A DNA stretch of 64,000 bases. It comes from Candidatus Nanoarchaeia archaeon. Its GTDB lineage: Archaea > Nanobdellota > Nanobdellia > Tiddalikarchaeales > Tiddalikarchaeaceae. Below are positions 1-8,725 of the stretch, piece by piece. The notes under the pieces were generated by a model that had not been told where the DNA came from, did no database searches, and was given only the letters and a program-made list of their open reading frames with translations. The translations under genes were made by a program, and so were the position numbers. The stretch's first letter is position 1; every line of letters begins with the position of its first letter. The stretch lies in assembly GCA_041653395.1 (NCBI GenBank), contig JBAZFK010000004.1, positions 5,307 to 69,306 of the forward strand, given 5' to 3'.

Positions 1-715
1 AAAATATACTATTCAAAAAAAATAATGAGCATACCATCCCCACAACCATATTTATTATAGGTTTTAAATCCCAACTTTTTTCCATATATTTTTTTATAGT
101 TTTACCATACCAAATATATCTTTTAAAAAATAATTTAAAACTGATTATATTTGAATCCATTAATCTTGGAATTTTTATAATTCCAAAATTTTTTGATTTT
201 TTTTTGATTTTTTCAAATAAATACTTGTCTTCTCCATATTCTAATTTGCTACTAAATGGATTATTTCCTATAATTTTTTTATTATATGCTTCAGGAAGAT
301 GATTTAATGCATCACTTACTCCAAAATCTTTTATATTAATGATATTTCTTAAAGTATTATTACTTAAATAAGGTAAATAATTTGCAAGAACATAATCAAC
401 AGAGTTAGTATTATTAAAAAAATACATAATATTTGATAAAAAATATTTTTCATTTATAAATTTAGCATTTTCATCACTATCACTAAAAACTATAATCTGC
501 CCCTTTGAAGTTTTAACTCCCAAATTCCTAGCATAACTAGGTCCCTTTTTTAAATCTTTAATTATTTTTACATCTTTTATTTTTATTTTATTATTTGGAG
601 TTACCAATAATATTTCTTTTTTATTGTAATTTTGATTTTTCCAATATTTTATTCGTTGTATTGTTCCTTTATCATATTCTTTGGCTATAATTACAATACT
701 TACTTTTTTATCCAT
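1..715 (-). CDS. Glycosyltransferase family 2 (GT-A fold). The N-terminal part starts at 715; the C-terminus runs off the window edge.
   Basis: Reverse-strand translation from the ATG at 715-713 gives MDKKVSIVIIAKEYDKGTIQRI...IIVFSDSDE. This is the typical GT2 N-terminus with a DxD-like SDSDE motif. No in-frame stop was found in the part checked by hand. Not listed in the ORF track, presumably because it runs off the edge. Confidence 0.5.
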   Translation of the reverse strand, partial: MDKKVSIVIIAKEYDKGTIQRIKYWKNQNYNKKEILLVTPNNKIKIKDVKIIKDLKKGPSYARNLGVKTSKGQIIVFSDSDENAKFINEKYFLSNIMYFFNNTNSVDYVLANYLPYLSNNTLRNIINIKDFGVSDALNHLPEAYNKKIIGNNPFSSKLEYGEDKYLFEKIKKKSKNFGIIKIPRLMDSNIISFKLFFKRYIWYGKTIKKYMEKSWDLKPIINMVVGMVCSLFFLNSIF

Positions 716-2484
716 TTTTTACCCCATTTATTAAAAAAGAAAAGTCTAATGTTTAATTCTTCATTATTTTCACGATTTTTAAAAAAAGTATACCAATAAT
801 TGCTTATTTTTTTAATACTTTTAAGTTCTTTTTCGGATTTTGAATCAAATTTTAAATTTTTAAACCAGCAAGATATTGGTGCTCCAAATCCGTGTTTTTT
901 TAAATTTATAATTTCTTTTGGAACAATATCTTTTACGAGTTCTCTCATAAAAATTTTTGTCTGATTGAAATTAACTTTTAATCTAGAGGGTATTTTTTGG
1001 CTATATTCAATAAATCTATAGTCTAAAAAAGGGCTTCTGACTTCAATTGCATAAGCCATGGAAGTTCTGTCAACCTTTGTACAATAATTGTCTCCTAAAG
1101 TGTTAAATAAAATATCGTATATTCTTAATGCTTCAATAAGATTATTATCTGCTTTTTTTAAGCAATATCTTAAATTTTTCGAAGTCCAAAACATGTAATT
1201 TTTATTATCAAATTTGTTGCTGTAAAAATCTTCCTTTTTTTTAATTGATTTTTGAATCATATTCTTTATTTTTTTTATATTAATAATTTTTTCAAGCTTT
1301 TTTCTTAAATTAATAGGAATAACTTTTAATAAATTAATAATTAACGGAGTCTTATATATATTATAACCTCCAAATATTTCATCTCCTCCATCTCCGCTTA
1401 AAACAACAGTGACTTTTTTCTTGGCAAGTTTTGAAACTTGAAAAGTTGGAAACAAAGAATAATCCGCAAAAGGTTCATCAAAATGAAATGTAAATTTATC
1501 AATCCATTTTTCAAAATCTTTGTTTTTAAAACTATAATTCTGATGTTTTGTTTTGTAAAATTTTTTTACAATATTGATATATTTTGTTTCATCAAACTCA
1601 TTTTCAAACCCAATTGAAAATGTGTTTAATTTTTTTAGTTCTGTAAAATTTCTCATTAAACCTACAACTGAACTAGAATCTAATCCTCCACTTAAAAATG
1701 CTCCAATAGGAACATCAGATCTCATTCTTATTTTAACAGCATTTTCAAGAAGACTTTTTCCTTCATTTAATAATTGATTTTTATTTTTTATAGGTTTATA
1801 TTTTGGCAAATCATAGTATTTTTTTATAATTATATTCTTTTTTTTTATATCAAATATGAGATTATTTCCTTGGGGAAGTTTGAAAACTGAATTGTATATT
1901 GTGTAAGGTGAAGGAATAAACCCTAAAGTGAAATACAAATCCAAAGCTTTTTTATCTATATTTTCGAATCTATTTATATTGCATTGTTTATGTTCCAAAA
2001 TTCCTTTTAATTCGGAGCTGAATATAAATTTTTTATCTTTAAAATAGTAATAAAAAGGCTTTACTCCAAACCTGTCTCTTGAACAGAAAAGCAATTTTTT
2101 ATTTTTATCATAAATAACAAAAGCCCACATACCATTAAATTTTTTAACACATTCTTCTCCATATTCAATATATGCAGCAGTTATTACTTCCGTGTCCGAG
2201 TTTGATTTAAATAAATATCCTTTTTTTAAAAGTTCATCTTTAATCTCAACATAATTATATATTTCTCCATTAAAAACTATCTCTACTTCAATATTTTTAT
2301 GTTTATAATTCATTGGCTGCTTTCCAGCATTTGATAAATCAAGTATCGAAAGTCTAACTTGTCCTAAGCTTACATCTTTATCAACATATGTTCCTTTTCC
2401 GTTAGGACCCCTATGCTTTAATATTAAATTCATGTTAGTTATTATTTTGTTATTAGAAAAATTAAATCCATTAATTCCACACAT
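700..2484 (-). CDS. asnB: Asparagine synthetase B-type glutamine-dependent amidotransferase (class II Ntn amidotransferase plus PP-loop synthetase). Likely a sugar/uronate amidotransferase in this context.
   Basis: N-terminal MCGI... places the nucleophilic Cys right after the Met. SGGLDSS is the PP-loop ATP pyrophosphatase motif. Length is 594 aa. Confidence 0.8.
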   Translation of the reverse strand: MCGINGFNFSNNKIITNMNLILKHRGPNGKGTYVDKDVSLGQVRLSILDLSNAGKQPMNYKHKNIEVEIVFNGEIYNYVEIKDELLKKGYLFKSNSDTEVITAAYIEYGEECVKKFNGMWAFVIYDKNKKLLFCSRDRFGVKPFYYYFKDKKFIFSSELKGILEHKQCNINRFENIDKKALDLYFTLGFIPSPYTIYNSVFKLPQGNNLIFDIKKKNIIIKKYYDLPKYKPIKNKNQLLNEGKSLLENAVKIRMRSDVPIGAFLSGGLDSSSVVGLMRNFTELKKLNTFSIGFENEFDETKYINIVKKFYKTKHQNYSFKNKDFEKWIDKFTFHFDEPFADYSLFPTFQVSKLAKKKVTVVLSGDGGDEIFGGYNIYKTPLIINLLKVIPINLRKKLEKIINIKKIKNMIQKSIKKKEDFYSNKFDNKNYMFWTSKNLRYCLKKADNNLIEALRIYDILFNTLGDNYCTKVDRTSMAYAIEVRSPFLDYRFIEYSQKIPSRLKVNFNQTKIFMRELVKDIVPKEIINLKKHGFGAPISCWFKNLKFDSKSEKELKSIKKISNYWYTFFKNRENNEELNIRLFFFNKWGKKWIKK

Positions 2485-2488
2485 ATTT

Positions 2489-3217
2489 TTACCTTTTTAA
2501 AATTTTTTTAAAAAATTCAATATTTAAAAAAGGTAAAATTTTTTTATAAAAATAATATCTTTTTGAATTAAATAAAAATAAGTCTGGATGTATTATTGAT
2601 AAAGGATTATCTTTATTTTTTTCAAATTCTTTCATTATTTTTTTATTTTTTTTTAGTATTTTTTTTTTAATATAAAAAAATATATTTTGAGAATAATAAA
2701 AAAGGATTTTTTTATCATTCCACATTTTATTTCTTAAACAATCAACAAGAACATAACCTTTTTTTTCAAATTTTTTCCTCCAATATATGGGCCATTGCTC
2801 ATTAATGTGATTAGTTCCTCCTTGATAAGGTATTGCTGATGAAAACACTATTATATCTCCAAGATTTACTAAAGATTCAACAAAAACATCAGAATTATTA
2901 TTTGATATGTGTTCTGCAACTTCTAAGCTTAAAACTAAATCAAATTTTTTTTTTATATTAATAGGTTTTTCTAAATCATGTTCTAAAAATTCATTTTTTG
3001 AAAACAATAATTTATCTTTTGATACATACTTCCCATCTATTCCCAATATTTTTTTAATTCCCTTTTTTTTAAAAACATTTAAAAAAACACCTAATCCGCA
3101 TCCAACATCTACGACACTTTTAGGATTAACAATTTTAAGAATAAACGAAACTATTTTTTCAGCAGATTCATAATTTAATTTTAGAGACTCATAAAATTTT
3201 TTTGAATAATATTTCAT
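2489..3217 (-). CDS. Class I SAM-dependent methyltransferase
   Basis: VVDVGCGLGVF is the glycine-rich SAM-binding motif I. DLVLSLEVAEHI is the typical motif II/post-II region. Confidence 0.7.
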   Translation of the reverse strand: MKYYSKKFYESLKLNYESAEKIVSFILKIVNPKSVVDVGCGLGVFLNVFKKKGIKKILGIDGKYVSKDKLLFSKNEFLEHDLEKPINIKKKFDLVLSLEVAEHISNNNSDVFVESLVNLGDIIVFSSAIPYQGGTNHINEQWPIYWRKKFEKKGYVLVDCLRNKMWNDKKILFYYSQNIFFYIKKKILKKNKKIMKEFEKNKDNPLSIIHPDLFLFNSKRYYFYKKILPFLNIEFFKKILKR

Positions 3218-3251
3218 AATATTTTTAAATTTTATTGTTTTTTAAATTTTT

Positions 3252-3995
3252 TTATATATTATTCCAGGCTTTTTCTGCGTCTTCCCAGTTGCCTAAATCT
3301 AAGTATTTTCCCTTTATTGTCACTATTTTGATTTTTTCCCCGTTTTTTAGTGCAGTTTTTAGGACATCGGGAACTTGGTATTCATTTTTTACTCCAACAG
3401 GCGTTTTTTCAAAGTATTCAAAGTATTTAGGGCTGAAAATATAGATTCCTAAATTAACCAAATATTTCCCGTTTTTTATTTTGAATGCCTCTGCTTGACT
3501 AAGTGTTGGCTTTTCAATAGAATCAATAAGATTATTATTATCAATTTTCAGTATTCCATACTTTGTTGGGTCTTCAATTTCTCTTGCAAGAATTGTTGCA
3601 AAGGGCTTTTCTTTGCTATGCATCTTGACTGCTTTTATTATCTCATCTTTTGGCTCAATAAAAGCATCTCCAACATGAACTAAAAAATCTTCATTAATCC
3701 AAGCTTTCCCTTGATATATTGCATGAGCCAGCCCTTTCAGCTCTTCTTGAAATAAGTAAGCAAGATTCAGATTGCCTTTTTTTAACTCAGTTCCGTTGCC
3801 CAAATGGTCAATTATTGCGCCTTTATGGGTTCCAACAACAACGAAGATTTTGTCTATTTTCGCATAAGAATGCATTGTCTCTATAACATGGTCTATTACT
3901 GCTTTTCTTTGTATTGGAAATAACTCTTTAGGGTTAGCCCTGGTAAAAGGATACATTCTTGTTCCGCTTCCTGCTGCTGGAATTAAGCCAATCAT
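3252..3995 (-). CDS. Sugar-1-phosphate nucleotidyltransferase, GalU-like (UTP-glucose-1-phosphate uridylyltransferase family)
   Basis: N-terminal MIGLIPAAGSGTRMYPFTRANPKELFPI matches the GalU-type G-loop (AAGxGTR). KGLAHAI resembles the GalU substrate loop. Confidence 0.7.
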   Translation of the reverse strand: MIGLIPAAGSGTRMYPFTRANPKELFPIQRKAVIDHVIETMHSYAKIDKIFVVVGTHKGAIIDHLGNGTELKKGNLNLAYLFQEELKGLAHAIYQGKAWINEDFLVHVGDAFIEPKDEIIKAVKMHSKEKPFATILAREIEDPTKYGILKIDNNNLIDSIEKPTLSQAEAFKIKNGKYLVNLGIYIFSPKYFEYFEKTPVGVKNEYQVPDVLKTALKNGEKIKIVTIKGKYLDLGNWEDAEKAWNNI

Positions 3996-4016
3996 GATTA
4001 TTCTTAAAACATCTCT

Positions 4017-4766
4017 TTATTTAATCTTTTCCTGTGCGTTTTCAGCATCTTCCCAGTTGCCAATATCAAAGGAATAACCCTTAAGATTATGTATTATTAT
4101 TTTTTTGCCATCTTTTAGCGCTAATTTTATTGAATCAGTTATTTGGAATTCATTCTTTGCGCCTATAGGGGTTTTTTCAATGTAGCCAAAGATTTCTTTT
4201 CTAAACAAATAAATAGGTGAAACGCATAAATATTTTCCATTCTTTGTTTTGAATGACTCTGCCTGCTCTATTGTTGGCTTTTCAATAGCATCAATTAAAT
4301 AGCCAGTTTCATCAACTTTTAATATTCCGTACTTTGTAGGGTCATTAACTTCTTTTGCTAATATTACTGCAAAGGGCTTTTTTTCTTCAAATTTTTTTAT
4401 AGCTTCCTTTATTTCATCTTTTGGGTGAATGAATGTGTCGCCTGCGTGCACGATAAAATCCTCATCTATGAATTGTTTTGCTTGGTATATTGCATGAGCC
4501 AGCCCTTTTCTTTCTTCCTGAAATAAATAAGCAACTTTTAGTTTTTCCTTATTTTGCATGCTTCCATCTCCCACATGGTCAATTATTGCCCCTTTATGCG
4601 ATCCTACAACTATGAATATTTTGTTAATATTTGCATAATCATGAAGAGTTTCTATAACATGGTCTATTACTGCCTTTCTTTTAATATGAAACAATTCCTT
4701 AGGGATTGCTCTAGTAAAAGGCATCATTCTTGTTCCTGAGCCAGCTGCTGGAATCAATCCTATCAT
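4017..4766 (-). CDS. Sugar-1-phosphate nucleotidyltransferase, GalU-like. Tandem paralog of 3252-3995.
   Basis: MIGLIPAAGSGTRMMPFTRAIPKELFHI. Colinear with the neighbouring gene and roughly 65-70% identical to it by eye. Confidence 0.7.
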   Translation of the reverse strand: MIGLIPAAGSGTRMMPFTRAIPKELFHIKRKAVIDHVIETLHDYANINKIFIVVGSHKGAIIDHVGDGSMQNKEKLKVAYLFQEERKGLAHAIYQAKQFIDEDFIVHAGDTFIHPKDEIKEAIKKFEEKKPFAVILAKEVNDPTKYGILKVDETGYLIDAIEKPTIEQAESFKTKNGKYLCVSPIYLFRKEIFGYIEKTPIGAKNEFQITDSIKLALKDGKKIIIHNLKGYSFDIGNWEDAENAQEKIK

Positions 4767-5689
4767 TTTATTTCCTCCAAAAATTTTTTTAAACCATTTT
4801 CAAATGAATATTCTGGCTGCCAATTAAGCAGTTTTTTTGCTTTAGAACTATCAGGCACCCTTCTCACAGGGTCATCTTTAGGCAATTCTGAATAGACTAT
4901 TTTTGAATTAGATTTTGTTAATTTTATTAAAGTTTCTGCAAGTTCAATCATAGTATGCTCTTCAGTATTTCCTAAATTAATCACTTCCCCTTTTAATCCT
5001 TGCTTTGTTGCAAAAGTGTAAATTCCATTTATTAAATCATTAACATAGCAAAAACATCTTGTCTGAGTGCCTTTTCCAAAAATAGTGATTGGTTTATTGT
5101 TAACTGCTTGATCTATAAAATTTGTCACAACTCTGCCATCATCAAATCTCATTTTAGGCCCATAAGTGTTAAATATTCTCACAATTCTTACATCAACATT
5201 GAACTTATTTAAATATTCATAGCAGTAAGTTTCCCCTAATCTTTTACTTTCATCATAGCAGCTTCTAGGGCCAAAGCTGTTAACATATCCTAGATAATTT
5301 TCAGGAGTTGGTATTATTTGGGCTTGGCCATAGATTTCGCTAGTGCTTGCATATAAAATTACAGCATTGTCTTTTTTTGCTTTTTCTAGGCAATTAAGTG
5401 TGCCACTAGTGTTAGCTTCAATTGTTTCAAAGCTATTTTCTTGATAATCATAAGGGCTTGCACGGCTAGCAAAATGCAGAATCATGTCAACTTTTTCTAT
5501 TTTGCTTAAATCTTTTGTAACATCTGCTTTGACAAATTTAAACTTAGGATTATTTGTAAATTCATCAATGTTTTCTTTCCTTCCGCTTCCAAGATTATCA
5601 ATGCAGATTACTTCATAATCATTATCTAAAAATTTTTTGCATAGATGGCTTCCTAAAAATCCAGCTCCTCCAGCGACTAAAACTTTCAT
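4763..5689 (-). CDS. uxs: UDP-glucuronate decarboxylase (UDP-xylose synthase-like extended SDR)
   Basis: N-terminal Rossmann VLVAGGAGFLGSHL. YASTSEIYG and DDGRVVTNFI are typical of the UXS/ArnA-decarboxylase subfamily. Confidence 0.75.
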   Translation of the reverse strand: MKVLVAGGAGFLGSHLCKKFLDNDYEVICIDNLGSGRKENIDEFTNNPKFKFVKADVTKDLSKIEKVDMILHFASRASPYDYQENSFETIEANTSGTLNCLEKAKKDNAVILYASTSEIYGQAQIIPTPENYLGYVNSFGPRSCYDESKRLGETYCYEYLNKFNVDVRIVRIFNTYGPKMRFDDGRVVTNFIDQAVNNKPITIFGKGTQTRCFCYVNDLINGIYTFATKQGLKGEVINLGNTEEHTMIELAETLIKLTKSNSKIVYSELPKDDPVRRVPDSSKAKKLLNWQPEYSFENGLKKFLEEIK

Positions 5690-5728
5690 AGTTTTATTTT
5701 AAAATGTAGCACTTAAAAAGTCTTACCT

Positions 5729-5749
5729 TTATCCTACTTTATAGGATAA
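5729..5749. promoter_or_regulatory. Perfect 8-bp inverted repeat, TTATCCTA-N5-TAGGATAA. Candidate operator lying between the divergent uxs gene and the RHH-nucleotidyltransferase gene.
   Basis: The arms at 5729-5736 and 5742-5749 are exact reverse complements. An AT-rich TATA-like stretch follows at 5751-5770, about 30 bp upstream of the ATG at 5781. Confidence 0.4.
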
Positions 5750-5780
5750 TTTATAAATATTAAAAATTATTAAAACATTA

Positions 5781-6524
5781 ATGAAATCTAAAATATCAAT
5801 CACTCTTGATGAAAAATTGCTTAAAACTTTAGATGTCTATATTGACGGATTCAATGTCAGGAATCGCTCGCAAGCAATTGAGCAAATACTTTCAAAGAAT
5901 CTAATCCAAGCAAAAATAGCAGTAATATTGGCTTCAAAAATGAAGGATTACAGGTTTAATAAAGAAGTAAAAGGGCAAAAAGCAATTATTTGGCTCTTTA
6001 AGAAACTTCAAAATTATGGGTTTAAAAAATCATTTGTTATAGCTGAAAAAGAGGTTTTATCAAAAATCTTTGAAATAATAGGCTCAGGCAATGACTATTT
6101 TTTAAGCATTGAATATGTTGAAGATTCTAATCCTCAAGGAAGCCTCAAATCTTTATCTTTATTAAAAAACAGGATTAATTCAAGCTTTTTAGTAATCCCT
6201 GCTGATAATTATTTTGAATTTGATATTGATTCATTCTGGAAGTTTCATTCCAAAAATACTAATTTAGCAACTTTAGCAATTACTACCTCAAATACTCCGT
6301 CAAAATTAGGTGTTGTTGAATTAACTGGCGAAAAGATAATTGGATTTATACAAAAACCTCAAAAATCTAAAAATTATTTGGTTTGGAGCGGAATAATGAT
6401 GGCTGAACCAGAAATACTATTTTATGACTATAAAAGCATTGAAAAAGAATTAATCCCAAAACTAATTGAACTTAATTCTTTAGGAGGATTCATTTTTGCA
6501 GGAGAATGGAAAAACATTGAATAA
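5781..6524 (+). CDS. NikR-type ribbon-helix-helix DNA-binding domain fused to a degenerate sugar-nucleotidyltransferase domain. The G-loop is lost, so it is a probable pseudoenzyme or regulator.
   Basis: The N-terminus KISITLDEKLLKTLDVYIDGFNVRNRSQAIEQILS matches the NikR/CopG RHH pattern ITLD..LL..LD......NRS.AI. The remainder aligns with the neighbouring paralog, but GGKGTRL is replaced by SKMKDYRF and GDN by ADN. Confidence 0.6.
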   Translation: MKSKISITLDEKLLKTLDVYIDGFNVRNRSQAIEQILSKNLIQAKIAVILASKMKDYRFNKEVKGQKAIIWLFKKLQNYGFKKSFVIAEKEVLSKIFEIIGSGNDYFLSIEYVEDSNPQGSLKSLSLLKNRINSSFLVIPADNYFEFDIDSFWKFHSKNTNLATLAITTSNTPSKLGVVELTGEKIIGFIQKPQKSKNYLVWSGIMMAEPEILFYDYKSIEKELIPKLIELNSLGGFIFAGEWKNIE

Positions 6525-6560
6525 TAACATTTATAAATAAATATTACTAAGTATTACGTT

Positions 6561-7409
6561 ATGATAAATCGTGAGCATATATCGTTAACTCTTGATAAAT
6601 CAATTCTCTCAGAGGTTGACAAATTAATAGACGGAAATACTATAAGAAACAGAAGCCATGCAATAGAAGTATTACTCTCCAGAGTTATTGACACTAAAAA
6701 GGTAAAAAAAGCCTTTATCTTAGCTGGCGGAAAAGGCACAAGATTAAGGCCAATTACTTATGAGATTCCAAAACCAATGGTACTAATCCATGGAAGACCT
6801 CTTTTAGAGCACACTATTGATTTACTGAAAAAATATGACATCAGAGATATAATACTCTCAATAGGTTACATGGGCGAAAAAATCAAGGAATACTTCGGCA
6901 ATGGCTCAAAATTCGGCGTGAAAATCACATATGTTGAAGAATCTGAGCCAAAAGGAACAGCAGGAGCATTAAGGCTGGCAAAGCCATTATTAGACAATTG
7001 CAATTTTATAATGATAAATGGAGACAACTTATACAATATTGATTACGCTGAATTAATACAAAATTCACTAAACAACGCAGCAATTGCAACAATTGCCCTA
7101 ACAACAGTAGCAGACCCATCAAAGTTCGGAGTGGTAAAAATGAAAGGAACTAAAATTATAGACTTTGTGAGCTATCCAAAAAAAGAGGACGCTCCCTCAA
7201 ATTTAATTAATGCAGGAATTTATGTACTCACACCTAAAGTTTTTGAATATATACCTACTGACAAGGAATTTTCAATGATAGAGACTGAAGTCTTTCCTAA
7301 TCTGATAAAGGATGATCAATTCTATGGCTATGTCATGGAAGGGCAGTGGCTTCCTGCAGGCACCTTGGAAGAATACGAGCAAGCAATTAGGGAGTGGAAA
7401 GATGTATGA
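6561..7409 (+). CDS. NikR-type RHH domain fused to an intact sugar-1-phosphate nucleotidyltransferase (mannose-1-P/glucose-1-P NTP-transferase family)
   Basis: The N-terminus ISLTLDKSILSEVDKLIDGNTIRNRSHAIEVLLS is an RHH. It is followed by AFILAGGKGTRLRPITYEIPKPMV (G-loop), EPKGTAGAL and INGDN motifs. Confidence 0.7.
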   Translation: MINREHISLTLDKSILSEVDKLIDGNTIRNRSHAIEVLLSRVIDTKKVKKAFILAGGKGTRLRPITYEIPKPMVLIHGRPLLEHTIDLLKKYDIRDIILSIGYMGEKIKEYFGNGSKFGVKITYVEESEPKGTAGALRLAKPLLDNCNFIMINGDNLYNIDYAELIQNSLNNAAIATIALTTVADPSKFGVVKMKGTKIIDFVSYPKKEDAPSNLINAGIYVLTPKVFEYIPTDKEFSMIETEVFPNLIKDDQFYGYVMEGQWLPAGTLEEYEQAIREWKDV

Positions 7410-8725
7410 GCATTTTCAAGGCTTATGACATAAGGGGAAAATATCCAAGCGAAATAAATGAAGAACTCTCAGGAAAAATAGCAAAAGCATTCTGCCAATT
7501 TCTAAAGCCCCAAACAATAGTAATAGGAAGGGACATGAGGCTTAGCTCAGAAAGCATTAAAGATAAAATAATTAGCTCACTAATAAGCCAAGGAATAAAA
7601 GTGATAAACATAGGATTAGTCAGCACTCCAATGTTTTACTTTGCAGTAAACCACTTCAAAGCAGATTCAGGATTAATGATAACAGCATCGCATAACCCGA
7701 AAGAGTACAATGGCTTAAAATTAGTGAAAGAGTTTGCCAAACCAATACATTATGACAATGGAATAAAGGAAATAGAAGAATTAGTAAAAAAAAATGAATT
7801 CATTAAATCAAAACTTAAAGGTATAGAAGTCAAAAAAGACATTGAAAAAGAATACTTAGATTACATTAAAAATTTAGCCCCAAAAAAGATTAAGAGCTTC
7901 AAAATAGTTGCTGATTACGGCAATGGCATGAATGCAATCACGACAAAAAAATTACTGCAATCAATGAATATTAAACTAATAAATATGTATGATTTAGTTG
8001 ACGGAACATTTCCAAACCATGAAGCAAACCCTTTAAAAGAAGAAACACTGGTTGATTTGCAAAAACGAGTAATTGCAGAAAAAGCTGATTTAGGACTTGC
8101 ATTTGATGGAGATGGAGACAGAATGGTAATAATTGATGAACTAGGCGGAATAATAAGCGGAGACATGACAACAGCAATTATTTCAAAAGAAATACTTAAC
8201 TATTCAAAAGAAAAAATCTTATTTGACCTAAGAAGCTCAAAAGCAGTAACAGAATTAATAGCAAAAAACGGAGGAACGCCACTACTTACAAGAGTTGGCC
8301 ATTCATTCATAAAGGAAAGGATGAGAAATGAAAATATCTGCTTTGCAGGAGAACTATCAGGGCATTTTTTCTTCAGGGAAAACTTTTACACAGATTCAGC
8401 TGATTTAGCAATGCTAAAAGTGCTAAGTCTTTTATCAAAGCAGGATAAAAAGATTTCAGAATTAATAAAAGAGATAAAAAAATATTACCATTCAGGGGAG
8501 ATAAACAAGGAAATACAAAACAAAGATGAAATCTTTCAAAGGCTAAAAGAAAACTACCCAAATCTTAATCTTTTGACAATTGACGGCTTGACATTCCAGG
8601 ACAAAGATTACTGGTTTAATGTAAGGGCATCAAACACCGAACCCTTAATAAGATTAACAGTTGAAGCAGACACAAAAGAAAAAATGGAAACAAAAGTAAA
8701 AGAAGTCCTAAGCCTTATCTATTAA
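7394..8725 (+). CDS. Phosphoglucomutase/phosphomannomutase (alpha-D-phosphohexomutase). The real start is probably M at 7406.
   Basis: The catalytic Ser loop is TASHNPKEYNGLK. The metal-binding loop is FDGDGDR. Length is 443 aa. Confidence 0.8.
   Translation: MERCMSIFKAYDIRGKYPSEINEELSGKIAKAFCQFLKPQTIVIGRDMRLSSESIKDKIISSLISQGIKVINIGLVSTPMFYFAVNHFKADSGLMITASHNPKEYNGLKLVKEFAKPIHYDNGIKEIEELVKKNEFIKSKLKGIEVKKDIEKEYLDYIKNLAPKKIKSFKIVADYGNGMNAITTKKLLQSMNIKLINMYDLVDGTFPNHEANPLKEETLVDLQKRVIAEKADLGLAFDGDGDRMVIIDELGGIISGDMTTAIISKEILNYSKEKILFDLRSSKAVTELIAKNGGTPLLTRVGHSFIKERMRNENICFAGELSGHFFFRENFYTDSADLAMLKVLSLLSKQDKKISELIKEIKKYYHSGEINKEIQNKDEIFQRLKENYPNLNLLTIDGLTFQDKDYWFNVRASNTEPLIRLTVEADTKEKMETKVKEVLSLIY

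Noticed and set aside
1574-1777. Short ORFs on the opposite strand or in alternative frames inside strong CDSs. Examples from the track are 1574-1777, 2907-3173, 10144-10765, 15506-16186, 33878-34327 and 39455-39879.
   Set aside because: They overlap well-supported genes whose motifs are clear. They have low-complexity composition typical of AT-rich shadow ORFs and no recognisable motifs.
6525-6560. Short palindrome TACTAAGTA upstream of the second RHH-nucleotidyltransferase gene as a second operator
   Set aside because: Only 9 bp and AT-only. The chance occurrence is high in this genome and it is unrelated in sequence to the 5729-5749 palindrome.
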